DNA of 64,000 nucleotides from Octopus sinensis (taxonomy: Eukaryota). The translations under genes and the position numbers were made by a program. The notes beneath the pieces are model-generated. The model ran no database searches and was not told where the DNA came from. It saw only the letters and a list, made by a program, of their open reading frames with translations. This document shows, piece by piece, positions 12,419 through 23,705 of this stretch (positions are counted from its first letter, which is position 1; each line of letters begins with the position of its first letter). Location: assembly GCF_006345805.1 (NCBI RefSeq), contig NC_043000.1:125612001-125676000 (forward strand), written 5' to 3'.

Positions 12419-13289
12419 TTAACTCTTCGCTAATTATAAAAGTAATCTGTGTTCTAATTATAGAAGTCATCTGTCTTCTGTTGTCAGTCATCAATCCCAT
12501 CAGTCCATGTTGTCAGTCAGTATCTCTTTTCATCAATCCTAACACTTCACTGAGTCTACCATATAACTGAGATTGCTTTCAGCTTTCTCAACTTCCTTTT
12601 CAAAATTGTCTTATGACTTTGAGCTTTTCCTCCTAGATGGCTTATTACTAATTTATGTTGACTGGTACACTCTTCAGCAGGAAATAACTTTGTATTTACA
12701 ACCAAGTTCTCTCTCTGCTTCCTGGACAGTATAAAGTCTATTTAGCTTGATTGTTTGGTGATCAAGTAGCTGGTAATTTCCTAAAATTTGCATTGCAAAT
12801 AGTCAGATAATTTACATCATACAACTCTGATATCTTTGATTCTTCTCCATTCCTTGTGCTTTATTCATCTTTCAGCTAAATACCCATTCATTATCTTTTC
12901 TTTTATGCCGCAAGACTGTTGAGGCAACATTAAAAGGGCCACTTACAAAAATGATGGTGGTAGAAGGGCTTTACAGAAATCAGATGAATGAGCAGACACA
13001 ATTATGATATATGCAACATACAGTATGTGCTGGTCCTCAGGCAAGAGGGCCACCACCACCAAGGGCCAATAAAAAGAATCTAAAAATCCATGATTACCCT
13101 ATGAAGGGTATGTGCCCTCTGTCAGCTTGCATTCCCTGGCACACTTACACATGGTTTACATTTACTTGGACCTTACTCTCTATTTTCACCCACCTTTCAA
13201 CAAATCTACTCTGGGGCATCTCTCTCTCCTCTCTCTCTCTCTCTCTTCACTTGCCTTTCCCTCCCAAAGGAATGGTAGAAGACAAAAAC

Positions 13290-13450
13290 AGCTTGCATTT
13301 TTCCTGCCTGGTGGCTATGGTGAAAGAGGTTATGCAGTGGATACAATTAGAAGAAATGAAGACACGCCTTTTCATCTTTAGCCAAGACCACATTTCTTCA
13401 GGTTCCACATGAAGACAAAAATGAAGGTGGAGAAGGATAAGATGCCAACC
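13290..13450 (+). mobile_element. L1/Tx1-like LINE ORF2 C-terminal relic
   Basis: CLVAMVKEVMQW..LEEMKTRLFIFSQ is homologous to the minus-strand relic at about 28980-29110. Confidence 0.5.
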
Positions 13451-13867
13451 AACCATTCATTGGTATAATTGAGATTTATTGAAATAAAAGAGATCTAATT
13501 GTCTAAGATACATTGTTTATCACAGTATTTAACATTGTGGCTGGACATTAATTCAGGAGCACATTTAAACTCAAACATTCCAGAACATTATGTTTTCTGT
13601 GAAAATCTGGATTACGGATGTTTTCTTACTGTTTTACAATCTAAAAACCTAACTAATACAGGTGGGATTCATCTTTGAGATTTGAACACATTGTTAGAGA
13701 AGTGACTTTCTTTCAATATACTTAGTTGTTAACTAGGTAGAGTGAGGCAAATAAACTCATTCATCTTGCAGATTACAACAACTTTCAGACTTATGACTAG
13801 AGACAATTAAACCTCTTGACCCTGCTACCATGTTGTCTTCTTGGAAATCATCATAAACTAATTGCAT

Positions 13868-13911
<44 letters not shown>

Positions 13912-15270
13912 AAATGAGGAGGTTAAATTCGATAGCTTTCGAATGTAATTATTTCATAATTTACAACACTCTCTCTGCTCACTGAAGACCCACTTACTCT
14001 TGTTCTGATTACTTGCAAGTAAATCTATCCTTTTTTTCATTTTCCCTTCCGTGTGTTCCTGTATAGTATTGCATATCACTTCATTAATTTTTGTCCCGAC
14101 TCTTGATGATCTTTCAGTTTAAAAAGTCCACGACACGAGACTTCAGTCTCTTGCAGTTGTTACATTATACACATATATATTGTGTGTGTGTTTGTGTGTA
14201 AAATATAATAAATGTTGGGAAGGGAAGGAAAGGAGTGACTGCAATTCTAAATCACTTTTTATTGTTTATTATTCTACATTGAACAAACTTCATTGCCATC
14301 TCATTTCGTTTGACCAATCATGATGTTTATACAAACATCAGTGAACCAGTGATTGCTCCATTACAAACCAATAACCACTGACACTATTGCTCACCAGTTG
14401 CAATACAAAATTAACAAATATATTACATTGGCAAAGCTAGAAAATGAAAATAGTACTTGTGTATCATATTAAATGTATATACACCATAGAAAAGCATGCT
14501 GCTGTGCATGATTTTTATCATGTTTTTATGTGGCACCATTGCTCTATTGTCTTTTTGGTGCTGCATAAAAAGCACTGGTACTAGTGCCAGGTAAAATACA
14601 CCTAGTACACTCTGTAAAATGATTGGCATTAGGAACCACACTCAGACATGCAGACTTCAAAACAAAGCAAGCTATGGAGCCTGGTGCAGCCCCATAGCCT
14701 TACCAGTTACTGTGAAGCCATCCAACCCATTCCAGCTTGGAAAATGGATATTAAACGATGATGATGAAGATGACAACGACGTCATCACCATCATCATTTG
14801 CAGACATAAATAGAAACTTTATCACATCCCAATGTATTAGATATATATTTTTGTCTTTGATCTGATTCAAATATAATTAACATTTGTACACCTTTATGGA
14901 AAGTAAAATATTTTTAATCTCAGTTGTTGAATTTAGTTTTCATTCTTAAGATAAAACATTTTAAACAACATAAAACAAGTTTCCCTTAGTTTTCTGAAAT
15001 TTCTTCTGTTTATATTTGTTGATGTATTTATTTATCATAACAAAATGGCTTGTTTGCAACTTTGCCTTTAAGAAAGTATTAGATGCACCTTTTATCCCAC
15101 AATATCTTATTTTGTTCAAAACACTTTGCTAATCTTGTTTCTTCAGAACCATATTTTCCCACCCACTCTCTTTTCTGATCTCTTTTCACCTTTAGCCATT
15201 CATCTGCAGGATCTCAGAGCATTATTCCCCCTGACTTTATCAGTTGCTCTCATTATTTTCTTGTATAAGC

Positions 15271-15477
15271 AAGGCAGCAGGCTGGCAGAATCATTTGCAT
15301 GCTGGACAAAATGCTTAGCAGTATTTTGCCCATTGCTACATTCTGTGTTCAAATTCCACCAAGGTCAACTTTGCCTTTCATCCTTTTAGGGTCAATAAAA
15401 CAAGTTGAACAATGGGGTCAATGTAATTGACTCATCCCTACCTCCCCCAAACTGCCCTTGTGGCAAAAATTTGAAAT
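15271..15477 (+). mobile_element. SINE family A copy
   Basis: GGCTGGCAGAATC..GTTCAAATTCCACCAAGGTCAACTTTGCCTTTCATCC. Confidence 0.8.
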
Positions 15478-17025
15478 AATTATCTTTTTGTATAGAGAGA
15501 TGAGAAAAGGCTATGGGCATTGTCTTAATTTCTGAAACTAACCAGATTAACACACACACACACAAAAAAACAACTAATTTAATGACTTGTAAACTTTTAT
15601 TCAGAACAATACACATTCTTAAAGAAATAAGCTGTACTTTCAGTACCAATACATCAATACACAATGGTTTTTGTCAGTAGCTAATTTATGGGTATTTCTA
15701 TTCAGTATTCCACTTGAAAGCTGTTTATGCTAGTAGTGATCACCTGTCTAGTCTATTTCTGTATTTAATATACAATCTTAATATTCTTCTCATCTTGGTC
15801 CGTGTCACAAAGTTGCAGAGAATAGGTTCCAGGCTTTTGTAGAGAAGTCATTTACAATAGACAAGCATTAAGAGAGAAAATTGTCTCTTATCAAGTTAAA
15901 ACTATGGAAACCAAATCTGAACAGTGTAAAAGATATTGCAAAGTGAACAAGTTTCCAGCAAATAAAGGAATATATATGTATAATAAAAAAAGATTAATTT
16001 TATGAGGCTGTAGTTACTTTTGAAAAGCATTTATGTTTCTTCATCATAAACTCTCTTTCTCCATTTATTTTTCCCTCTCTATGTTTGTTGTATCTACTGA
16101 TACACGCTTAATGGTTAGCAATGGGAATCACATCCATTTACATGTGTTATGGCTCACATAATATTACTACACGTCTATATATTTCCGGCCGTGACAGTTG
16201 AAGCCTGGCAAAGCTGTGCAGTTCATGCAAGCATGGGAAAAAAACAGATGTTAAATCAAATTAACATCTATTCATATCGGATCTTCAATAGATAATGAAC
16301 AAGTAGTCCGTAACACTTTTGTTGCTTCAGTGTAGAGTTAAATATCTTGTATGGCTATGCAAATATGATAGCAAAGATATGACTTTTTAAACTCCGTTGA
16401 AGATAATACATTTAATAGAATTCATGTAATATATATCTGGTTTCATAAGAGATGAGAAATTTATCTCTTCAAATTCGGGCAACAGTTAATTAACACTGTG
16501 AAATAAAATTCCAGACTTATTTCTTCTGAGTAGTTGTTCAGCTATAAAGCAACTGTCTGGAACCACTGAACATTTACTAATCTCAACTGTATTATCAGGG
16601 TTGGTCTATTTCATGTCATAACTACCAAACTTGTAAATTTTGTAGATTTCATTTCTCTAAGTAATAAAGAGTTGAATAGTAAATACATGTTAACATGATG
16701 TTTTTATAACACTTTTATAATTTAGCCTATGAAAGAGCCTATATGAGGCTACTTGAATGACTATAAATAACTGCCAGATCTTCCTCAATCACACACTATC
16801 ATCTTAAATAAAGAAGGACGCATTTGATGATGTAGTTCCTGATATTCAAAAGGGTGTAGTAGCCATGGTTAGAATGCCTTCAGTCAATAAATCTCTTTCA
16901 TCTGGATTAATCTGGGATTAATATCAAAAACTTTTTAAAATCTCAATGAAGAGATAATGCTCAACATTTTCACAGGCCATCTGACACTGATGAGGTCGAG
17001 GGGCATTTAAACAGTTTTAAAAATT

Positions 17026-17250
17026 CTTTTTACTTGTTTCAGTCATTGGACTCTGGCCATGCTGGTGCACCACCATGAAGGGTTCAGTTGATTATATCAA
17101 CACCAGTGCTTACTTTTTAGTTTGGTACTTATTCTATCAGACTCTTTCCCAAACTTCTAAGTTACGGGGTATAAACAAACCAACATTGGTTGTCAAGTGT
17201 GGACAAACACAAAGAAACACACTCATATACACATGTATACACATGGACAT

Positions 17251-17286
<36 letters not shown>

Positions 17287-17460
17287 ACATATATAAATAC
17301 GATGACCTTTCACGTAGTTTCTATCTGCCAGATTCACTTAGAAGGCATTGGTCAACCCAAGGCTTTTGTGACAGACATTCACTCAAGATTCTGTGCAGTG
17401 GACTGAATCTGAAGCCACATAGTTGAAAAGTAAGCCTCTAAACTAAATAGCCATTCCTAC
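17026..17460 (-). mobile_element. SINE family B full-length, diverged, with internal (CA)n
   Basis: Tail TTTTACTTGTTTCAGTCATTGGACT..GGCCATGCTGG, internal (CA)n, head GTGGACTGAATC. Confidence 0.75.
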
Positions 17461-17479
17461 ACGTTTTTTAATTACTTGC

Positions 17480-17875
17480 TAAACCTGGAGGAAGAGACAG
17501 GGCCCATGACCGTAGCAGGCCCTCTGAAGCCAGTGAACTCAATGCCATTAATGTTCCATTTAAACTGTTGCTGATCAACACTTGCAGGAAGGGCATAAGT
17601 GGGCTGAAGATTCCAAAGAGCCAGTGATATGGAGAGGAAGAAAACTGGGTATAGGTGATTAGTGTAGGGCCATGGAGCTGGGGGTCAGACTACACAAGGG
17701 TGATAAGAGGTGAAGAAATAAGGTAGTCAAGAATACCTGAATGGTATATATAAGGGGCTATCCAGCTCCAAGGAACAGAGGCTATCATAGTAATGACAGA
17801 AAAGATAGAGAGCAGAGACAACACACCTGTAGGTCAGAGGCTGAAGTATGTTTGTTAGTGTTTCAGCGCCAGTGA
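17480..17875 (-). mobile_element. CR1/Jockey-group LINE 3' relic
   Basis: Minus strand near 17750-17830 reads RCVVSALYLFCHYYDSLCSLEL, resembling the RRxVxSLxLFYRYYxGxCSxEL C-terminal motif. Confidence 0.45.
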
Positions 17876-18385
17876 CTTTGATGAATAAAAAGTGAAATAA
17901 TACCAATATTATATTACACCTTTAATTCTTATTGGGAATTGAATCCATGTCACCTTTGTTGACACTTTTGAATAATGATTTTACTACCATAATCTGACTT
18001 GCAATAATAATTTCTGCATTTTCACTTATTACTGTGTGTCTGAAAAATCATCTTACTGTAATTATTCAACCCCACCACACAGACACACACTCACATGTGT
18101 TTTTGTCTGGATTTTGCTTTTCGATGTTGTTCAATTAAGATTAACATTGGATCAATAAATATTTCCCTTATAGTTTGACACCAAATAAAACAAACTTTGA
18201 TTAATTCATTGAGGTTATTCTTAAGGAACTTGAGCCCATAGTCTTAACAGTTTAATATTTAGGTTTTTTTTCATTTTCGTGGTTTGATAAGCTAGGATTA
18301 AAACTATGGATATGCTGGAACTGATATAACATGTAAAAATAACAAGCAGTAACCAAATATAGTTCTATATTTAAGAGATGAGGAA

Positions 18386-18622
18386 TTATGTACATTATTT
18401 ACATTCGACGGATATTTGTCCTCATCTTGTTTGTTGTTAACACATTTTGGCTGATATACCCTCCAGCCTTCTTCAGGTGTCTTGGGGAAATTTCGAACCT
18501 TAGGAATGAGAACCCAAGACACCTGAAGAAAGCTTGAGGGTATATCAGCCGAAACGTTGTGTTAACAACAAACAAGATGAGGACAAATATCCGCCGAATG
18601 TAAATGTAAATAATGTAAATAA
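18386..18622. repeat. About 100-bp inverted repeat (26-nt spacer) made of two opposed PLE-type terminal segments
   Basis: Arm 18386-18486 is the reverse complement of arm 18513-18622 (GACAAATATCCG.CGAATGTAAA; AACAACAAACAAGATGAG; CCCAAGACACCTGAAGAA). Confidence 0.9.
18519..18562 (+). ncRNA. Minimal type I hammerhead ribozyme motif
   Basis: Stem I ACAC/GTGT; core CTGAAGA; stem II (A/G)GCT..AGCC; GAAA; palindromic AACGTT minimal stem III with cleavage triplet GTT. The opposite-strand copy (18440-18480) has lost GAAACG. Confidence 0.72.
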
Positions 18623-21600
18623 AGTAACCAAATATGTAGTAATGAAGCTCACAATGGTGAGAGAGAGAGAGAGAGTGTGTGTGTGTGTGTTTGTATGTGT
18701 GTGTGCGCGCACATAGTTGTGTGCATATGTCTGTGTATTATGCATACTCCTAATGATTTTATCTAAATATTTGTAAGACTGATATGATATTGACAATACT
18801 AACTACACAACATATCTGATTACTACCGAAGGATGAATGTGATTTTATGACTATTTAATACCAATATCTTATTACACCTTGAAGTTAAGGGGATTAGCTG
18901 GTTTTATCATAATACACTATCGGTGCAATGCATTTTATTACGTTGTCTACTTAAGTTTGAATCCTTTATGGTATGGAATCAATGTTGGATTTAAACATGA
19001 AGATTTGTTTTGCTTTCGCTGTGCATTTTATTCGATGCCTGTTAAAACATTCCACCTTTGCTTGATGTTGGATTTATACTCAGGAACATTTCTTTCTTTC
19101 TTTATTGTTCAGTTTAGCATGAGAAAGTATTGGCAGAGGCAGATTTAAGTGTTAGATGAAAGAAATCTCTTTCAGATATCCTTTTGTATCTACAATCACT
19201 TGGTTTATACACATGTATTTATTCCTCTACACCATGGAAGAGTCCTGATAGCCATTTAAAACATGCATTTGCCATTATTCTTCTTCAAACAGCCACAACA
19301 TAGATACATTTCACCATGCCCCACCAGGTGTCTCTGTTCCTCCATTAACTTTGATAGGTCCTCAATTTCTTGTTGTTTGTCTCTGCCATTAACATAATAT
19401 GGTTGAGTGGTCTTCATCCTCTATTAGGGTGCAGAAATTTCTGAAAGAAAGTAAATTTCATTTTACTTTCACTTTCATTTTACTTCATGATAGTATTCTT
19501 TTATTCCTTATTCCTTACACTGGTCTCAGTTATTGAACTTTGGGCATACTGAGGCACCATCTTCATAAAAGTTTTAGCTAATTGTATGACATCCCAGTCC
19601 AGTCCAGTCTAGTCCAATACTTATTTTATTGAACCCTATTTAACAAATTACTAGGTTGATGTTTCAACATTCAGATAAAACTAAACACCAGTTTATATCA
19701 GTAAACACAGACCTGTGCATGGGCAGATATATACATAAGGTGACTTCATACCGGTGCTACAATGAGATGTGCCCAGTACACTTTGTAAGGTGTTAGGCAA
19801 ACAGAGACAATACAGAATAGAGAGGACTATGTTTTATCAAGAGAATAAAAACCTCTCCCATGTTGAAGCCACAATAAACAATTCCTAGTACATTGTGTAA
19901 TGTAGTTAGTGTTGGGAAGAGCATCCAACCTTAGAAACCATGTAAAAATGGAATGTACAAACATGACACTTGCCTCCAGCTTGTCTAGGAGGGAAGCAAC
20001 TCTAAGAACCGACTCTGAATCTATGATAACTCGTCTGACCTGTGCCAGCACAGAAAGCAGGCAGGAAATGATAATTAGATGATCTATCACACAATTTCCA
20101 TTAAGAAAATTCATTGGTTGCAAAGTAAACTTTTTAAACACACATGCATGCCTGCACCTTTTGTATATTGTAAAGTGTAAATGTTTCATTATACATCTCC
20201 CACCTGATGACACACCTGTTCTCAGTTTGGAACTAGATTAGGTTTTAGAACAATATAATTCACTGAGAACAAATCACCACAATAAATTTCACTTGATACC
20301 ACAGTTTACAAAGTGATAGTTCCTGATATCACCAATTGTGTACATTTTCATTGCTGCTAAAATTGTAGATACGAATGTATGTGTATCATACAAAACACGC
20401 ACACACGTGTGTGTGTATACATATAATTTTGCATCAATTTCAATTATAAAGTTGGTGTCTTCATCATCAACATCATCATCGTTTAACGTCTGCTTTCTAT
20501 GCTGGCATGGATTGGGTGGTTTGGCTGAGGGCTGGCAAGCCAGAAGGCTGCACCAGGCTCCAATCTGTCTTGTATGTAATACCTCTGTAGAGCTACCCTT
20601 TAGTTTTGATTGATGCACTAGGTAGAAGATGATAAATCTTTGAGACATATGATGTTTTTCATTCTTCAGGCTTATGGCATACTTTGCACCTAATATGTGT
20701 TACCAGCAACACCCAAAAGTACAGACAATTCTAACCTGACCACTACAATTATTCTTGTTGTTCTCTTAAGCAAGGCACATGGCTGGCAGAGTTAGAACCC
20801 TGTGTGCTATGATTGGTTTGGCTGGTAGAAAAACAGGTTCTATGCCATGTTTCACAGATGAATCTGGATTGTTTTTATTTATCAAAAAAGAAAAGCAAAA
20901 CCCAAGACAAATGAGTAAAGGGAACTGAAAGCATCTGAAAGGATTCTGCACATTTTCCTTGCACTCAGTAATACTCCCAAGGCTATATTAGAAGAAATTT
21001 GCCCAAAGTATCATGCATTGAGATTGAACCTGGAACTGTGTTTGTAAGGTGTACTTCTTTACCACACAGCTATACTTTTTACTTAGTTGGTTAGTCATAT
21101 CTAATTATAAAAATAATTACTTTCAACAAAAGCTGTTGTAAACACTGGAATTTTTTTTAAAAAGTTATATTATCTGTCTGTGTGTCTTTACATCCTGAAA
21201 TTATGTCCTAGTTTAGATAAATATTTGCACTAGTTCGTTAGAAGATTTTATGGTATTTAGTTTAATTTTGGTTATATTATTACATTGTTTAATTAACTCA
21301 CCTCAGGAACAGTGATTTGGAGGAAACAATAGTGCCAGCCTCTAATACCTTACCGTTTAATCTGGTTCTTCTACGACGATGTGAATTGAAATTCCACATG
21401 GGTCAGATTTACTTTTTTTACTCAGTTGGTTGAGGGTTAAACTAATTTATGAGGCATGACAATACACCTTCCTCCCGCCAAAATTTGTGGCTCTGCGCCA
21501 GTATAAGACTTAGTTAGCAACATAATGCAAAACAACTAAAATATTATGGATGTTTGTTATGTAAACAAACCAGGAGATGAGATGTAGGAAGCGATAGAGC

Positions 21601-22642
21601 TAATTTTAGATATTGCTTTGAATGAAACATTATTCTGCTAAAACAATTGTTATATGATTATGCTTTGTCTCTTTAACAGTATTTATGGCTCCTGTAATGG
21701 AAAATGCCATCTATGTCTAACAAAAGGCTGTATTTAACTATCTTGCAGCCAGGAAGTTTTTGTTATAGTTGAGTTTCAGGTCAAGGTCAGTGTTGGCTGA
21801 ATAGACCTATAACCGAAGATGTTCCATCCATGGCCATCCTGTCCTCATCTAGGGCGTTATGTATCCAGGGCTTCATTAACCGTTGCATGTGTCTCTTTTC
21901 CAGATGATAGAATAAGGTTTTATGAAGTCTGGCTGCTATTTCTTGCAGATCAAACAACTTCATAGAGATTCTCTTGTTGGTTCATACTAGGACATAAACT
22001 GCATAACTGGATTTTCTGTTGAGGAGTTGATAATTCTTGGAAAATAATTCAATTTAGCTGTGAGGAAGAAAGGAGAACTATACTTGAGAATATCAGAAAT
22101 ACTCTTAATATCTGAAAGGCTTATTTCTTATAAATTTTCAGCGTTATGTGAGCACACATGCACACGCACGCACGCATGCACACACACTCACACACACACA
22201 CATTGGATTTTCAATCAATTATATAAGAAATATCTGATTGTATTATGTAATATTCCAAGATATCTCCATGAAAGCAAACAATGCTGCTATCACTCAACTA
22301 ATATGGATTTTTAAAACTAGAATATCCGTAGATAAATTCATTCAATTATACTCGAGTAATTAGACAAGTAACAAGGAACCCTACAAGCCATTCTATCACT
22401 TATCCATCGACCATTGCTTTGTTAACAAAGGCTTTCTCTTTCTTAAACACAGTCAACATTATTGATTCATCATCACTTTTCCTGATATATTGTGAAATTA
22501 CTTATAACTTTCTCCTCTGTACAAAACAGGATAATTTCCTGAGTTATATTAATTATTATTAGCTTTATCTCTGTTCAGTTTCAGCCATTAGTGAATGGCC
22601 TGAATACAAGCATTATTGCCGTCAATATCATATAATCCCTTT

Positions 22643-23060
22643 AAGGCAGTGTGTCTGACAAAAGGCTTAATGGTATGTCATCCATCCTGAGTTCAAATCC
22701 TGTCGAGGTCAGCTTTACCTTTCATCCTTTCCGGGTCAGTGAAATAATAAGCACCAGCTGAACACTGGGGTCAGTGCAATCTATTTACCCCTCCCCCAAT
22801 ATTGCTGACCTTGCGCCAAAATTTGAAACCAATATTTCATAATCCATTTGAGGTATCAAGCTGGCAGAGTTATTCGCACACCAGGCAAAATGCTTAGCAG
22901 CATTTCATCCTTCTATATGGTCTGAGTTCAAATTCTGCCAAGGTCAACTTTGCTTTTCAACCTTTCAGGGTTAATAAAATAAGGACCAGTTGAGTACTGG
23001 GGTTGATGTAATTGACTAGCGTCCCACTCCCCATATTTGCTGGCCTTTTACCAAAATTTA
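22643..23060 (+). mobile_element. Two tandem SINE family A copies
   Basis: Bodies at about 22643-22830 and 22851-23060, bounded by three versions of CAATAT..ATAATCC. Confidence 0.8.
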
Positions 23061-23517
23061 CTTTCAATATTTTATAATCCCTCTCTCTCTAGCCTGGCAT
23101 AGGCTGGATAGGTTTTCTGTATGGTGTATCACCATGACTACCATATATACTTGACTATAAAGCACCGTTGCCTATAAGGCAAAGTTCAAATTAGGAATTT
23201 TATCACTGACCCGACTATAAGTCACAACGAATTTTTTGATGGTGGAGAGCAAAGTTTGATTAGGAATCACGCCAACTTAGTTGTTGTTCGGTAACTGAGC
23301 TCACAGTAAGTTGAAGATGACTTGCAACTATTCTCTTTCTGCAGTTCGATTTGAATGCAACTTTGTGTATTCAACAACATTCAGCTTGAAAGTAATATCA
23401 TACGAATTCTTCTTTCTCTTCATGTTAACAACATGGTGTTGAATTAAAAAAAACGGGTACGGTACAAAAACAAACAAGCATTAAACTCACGTTTTTAAAA
23501 TTAATTGTTTATTTTAT

Positions 23518-23636
23518 GCTAACGGCCATATCACGTTGAAAGCACCAGTTCTCGTCCAATCACCGAAGTTAAGCAACGTCGAGCCTTGTTAGTACTTAGA
23601 TGGGTGACCGCTTGGGAAACCTAGGTGTTGTAAGCA
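23518..23636 (+). rRNA. Full-length 5S rRNA-like sequence (119 nt; dispersed copy, pseudogene or SINE head)
   Basis: GCTAACGGCCATATCACGTTGAAAGCACCAGTTCTCGTCCAATCACCGAAGTTAAGCAACGTCGAGCCTTGTTAGTACTTAGATGGGTGACCGCTTGGGAAACCTAGGTGTTGTAAGCA; box A and box C recognisable; termini complementary with one mismatch; single copy, not in an array. Confidence 0.9.
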
Positions 23637-23650
23637 TCACACATTGTTTT

Positions 23651-23705
23651 GTCCAACCCATGTTAGCATGGGAAGCGGACGTTAAATGATGATGATGATA
23701 ACGAT
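23651..23705 (+). mobile_element. RTE LINE 3' terminal segment with (GAT)n tail
   Basis: GTCCAACCCATGTTAGCATGGGAAGCGGACGTTAAATGATGATGATG matches the 3' end of the LINE at about 10894-10953. Confidence 0.88.

Noticed and set aside
21904-21916. AG-13 nt-GT candidate for the KIF13 microexon (another at about 19727-19739)
   Set aside because: This one has an in-frame TGA and lies in an old repeat; the other has a poor acceptor and encodes YIHK, unlike RKxPK.
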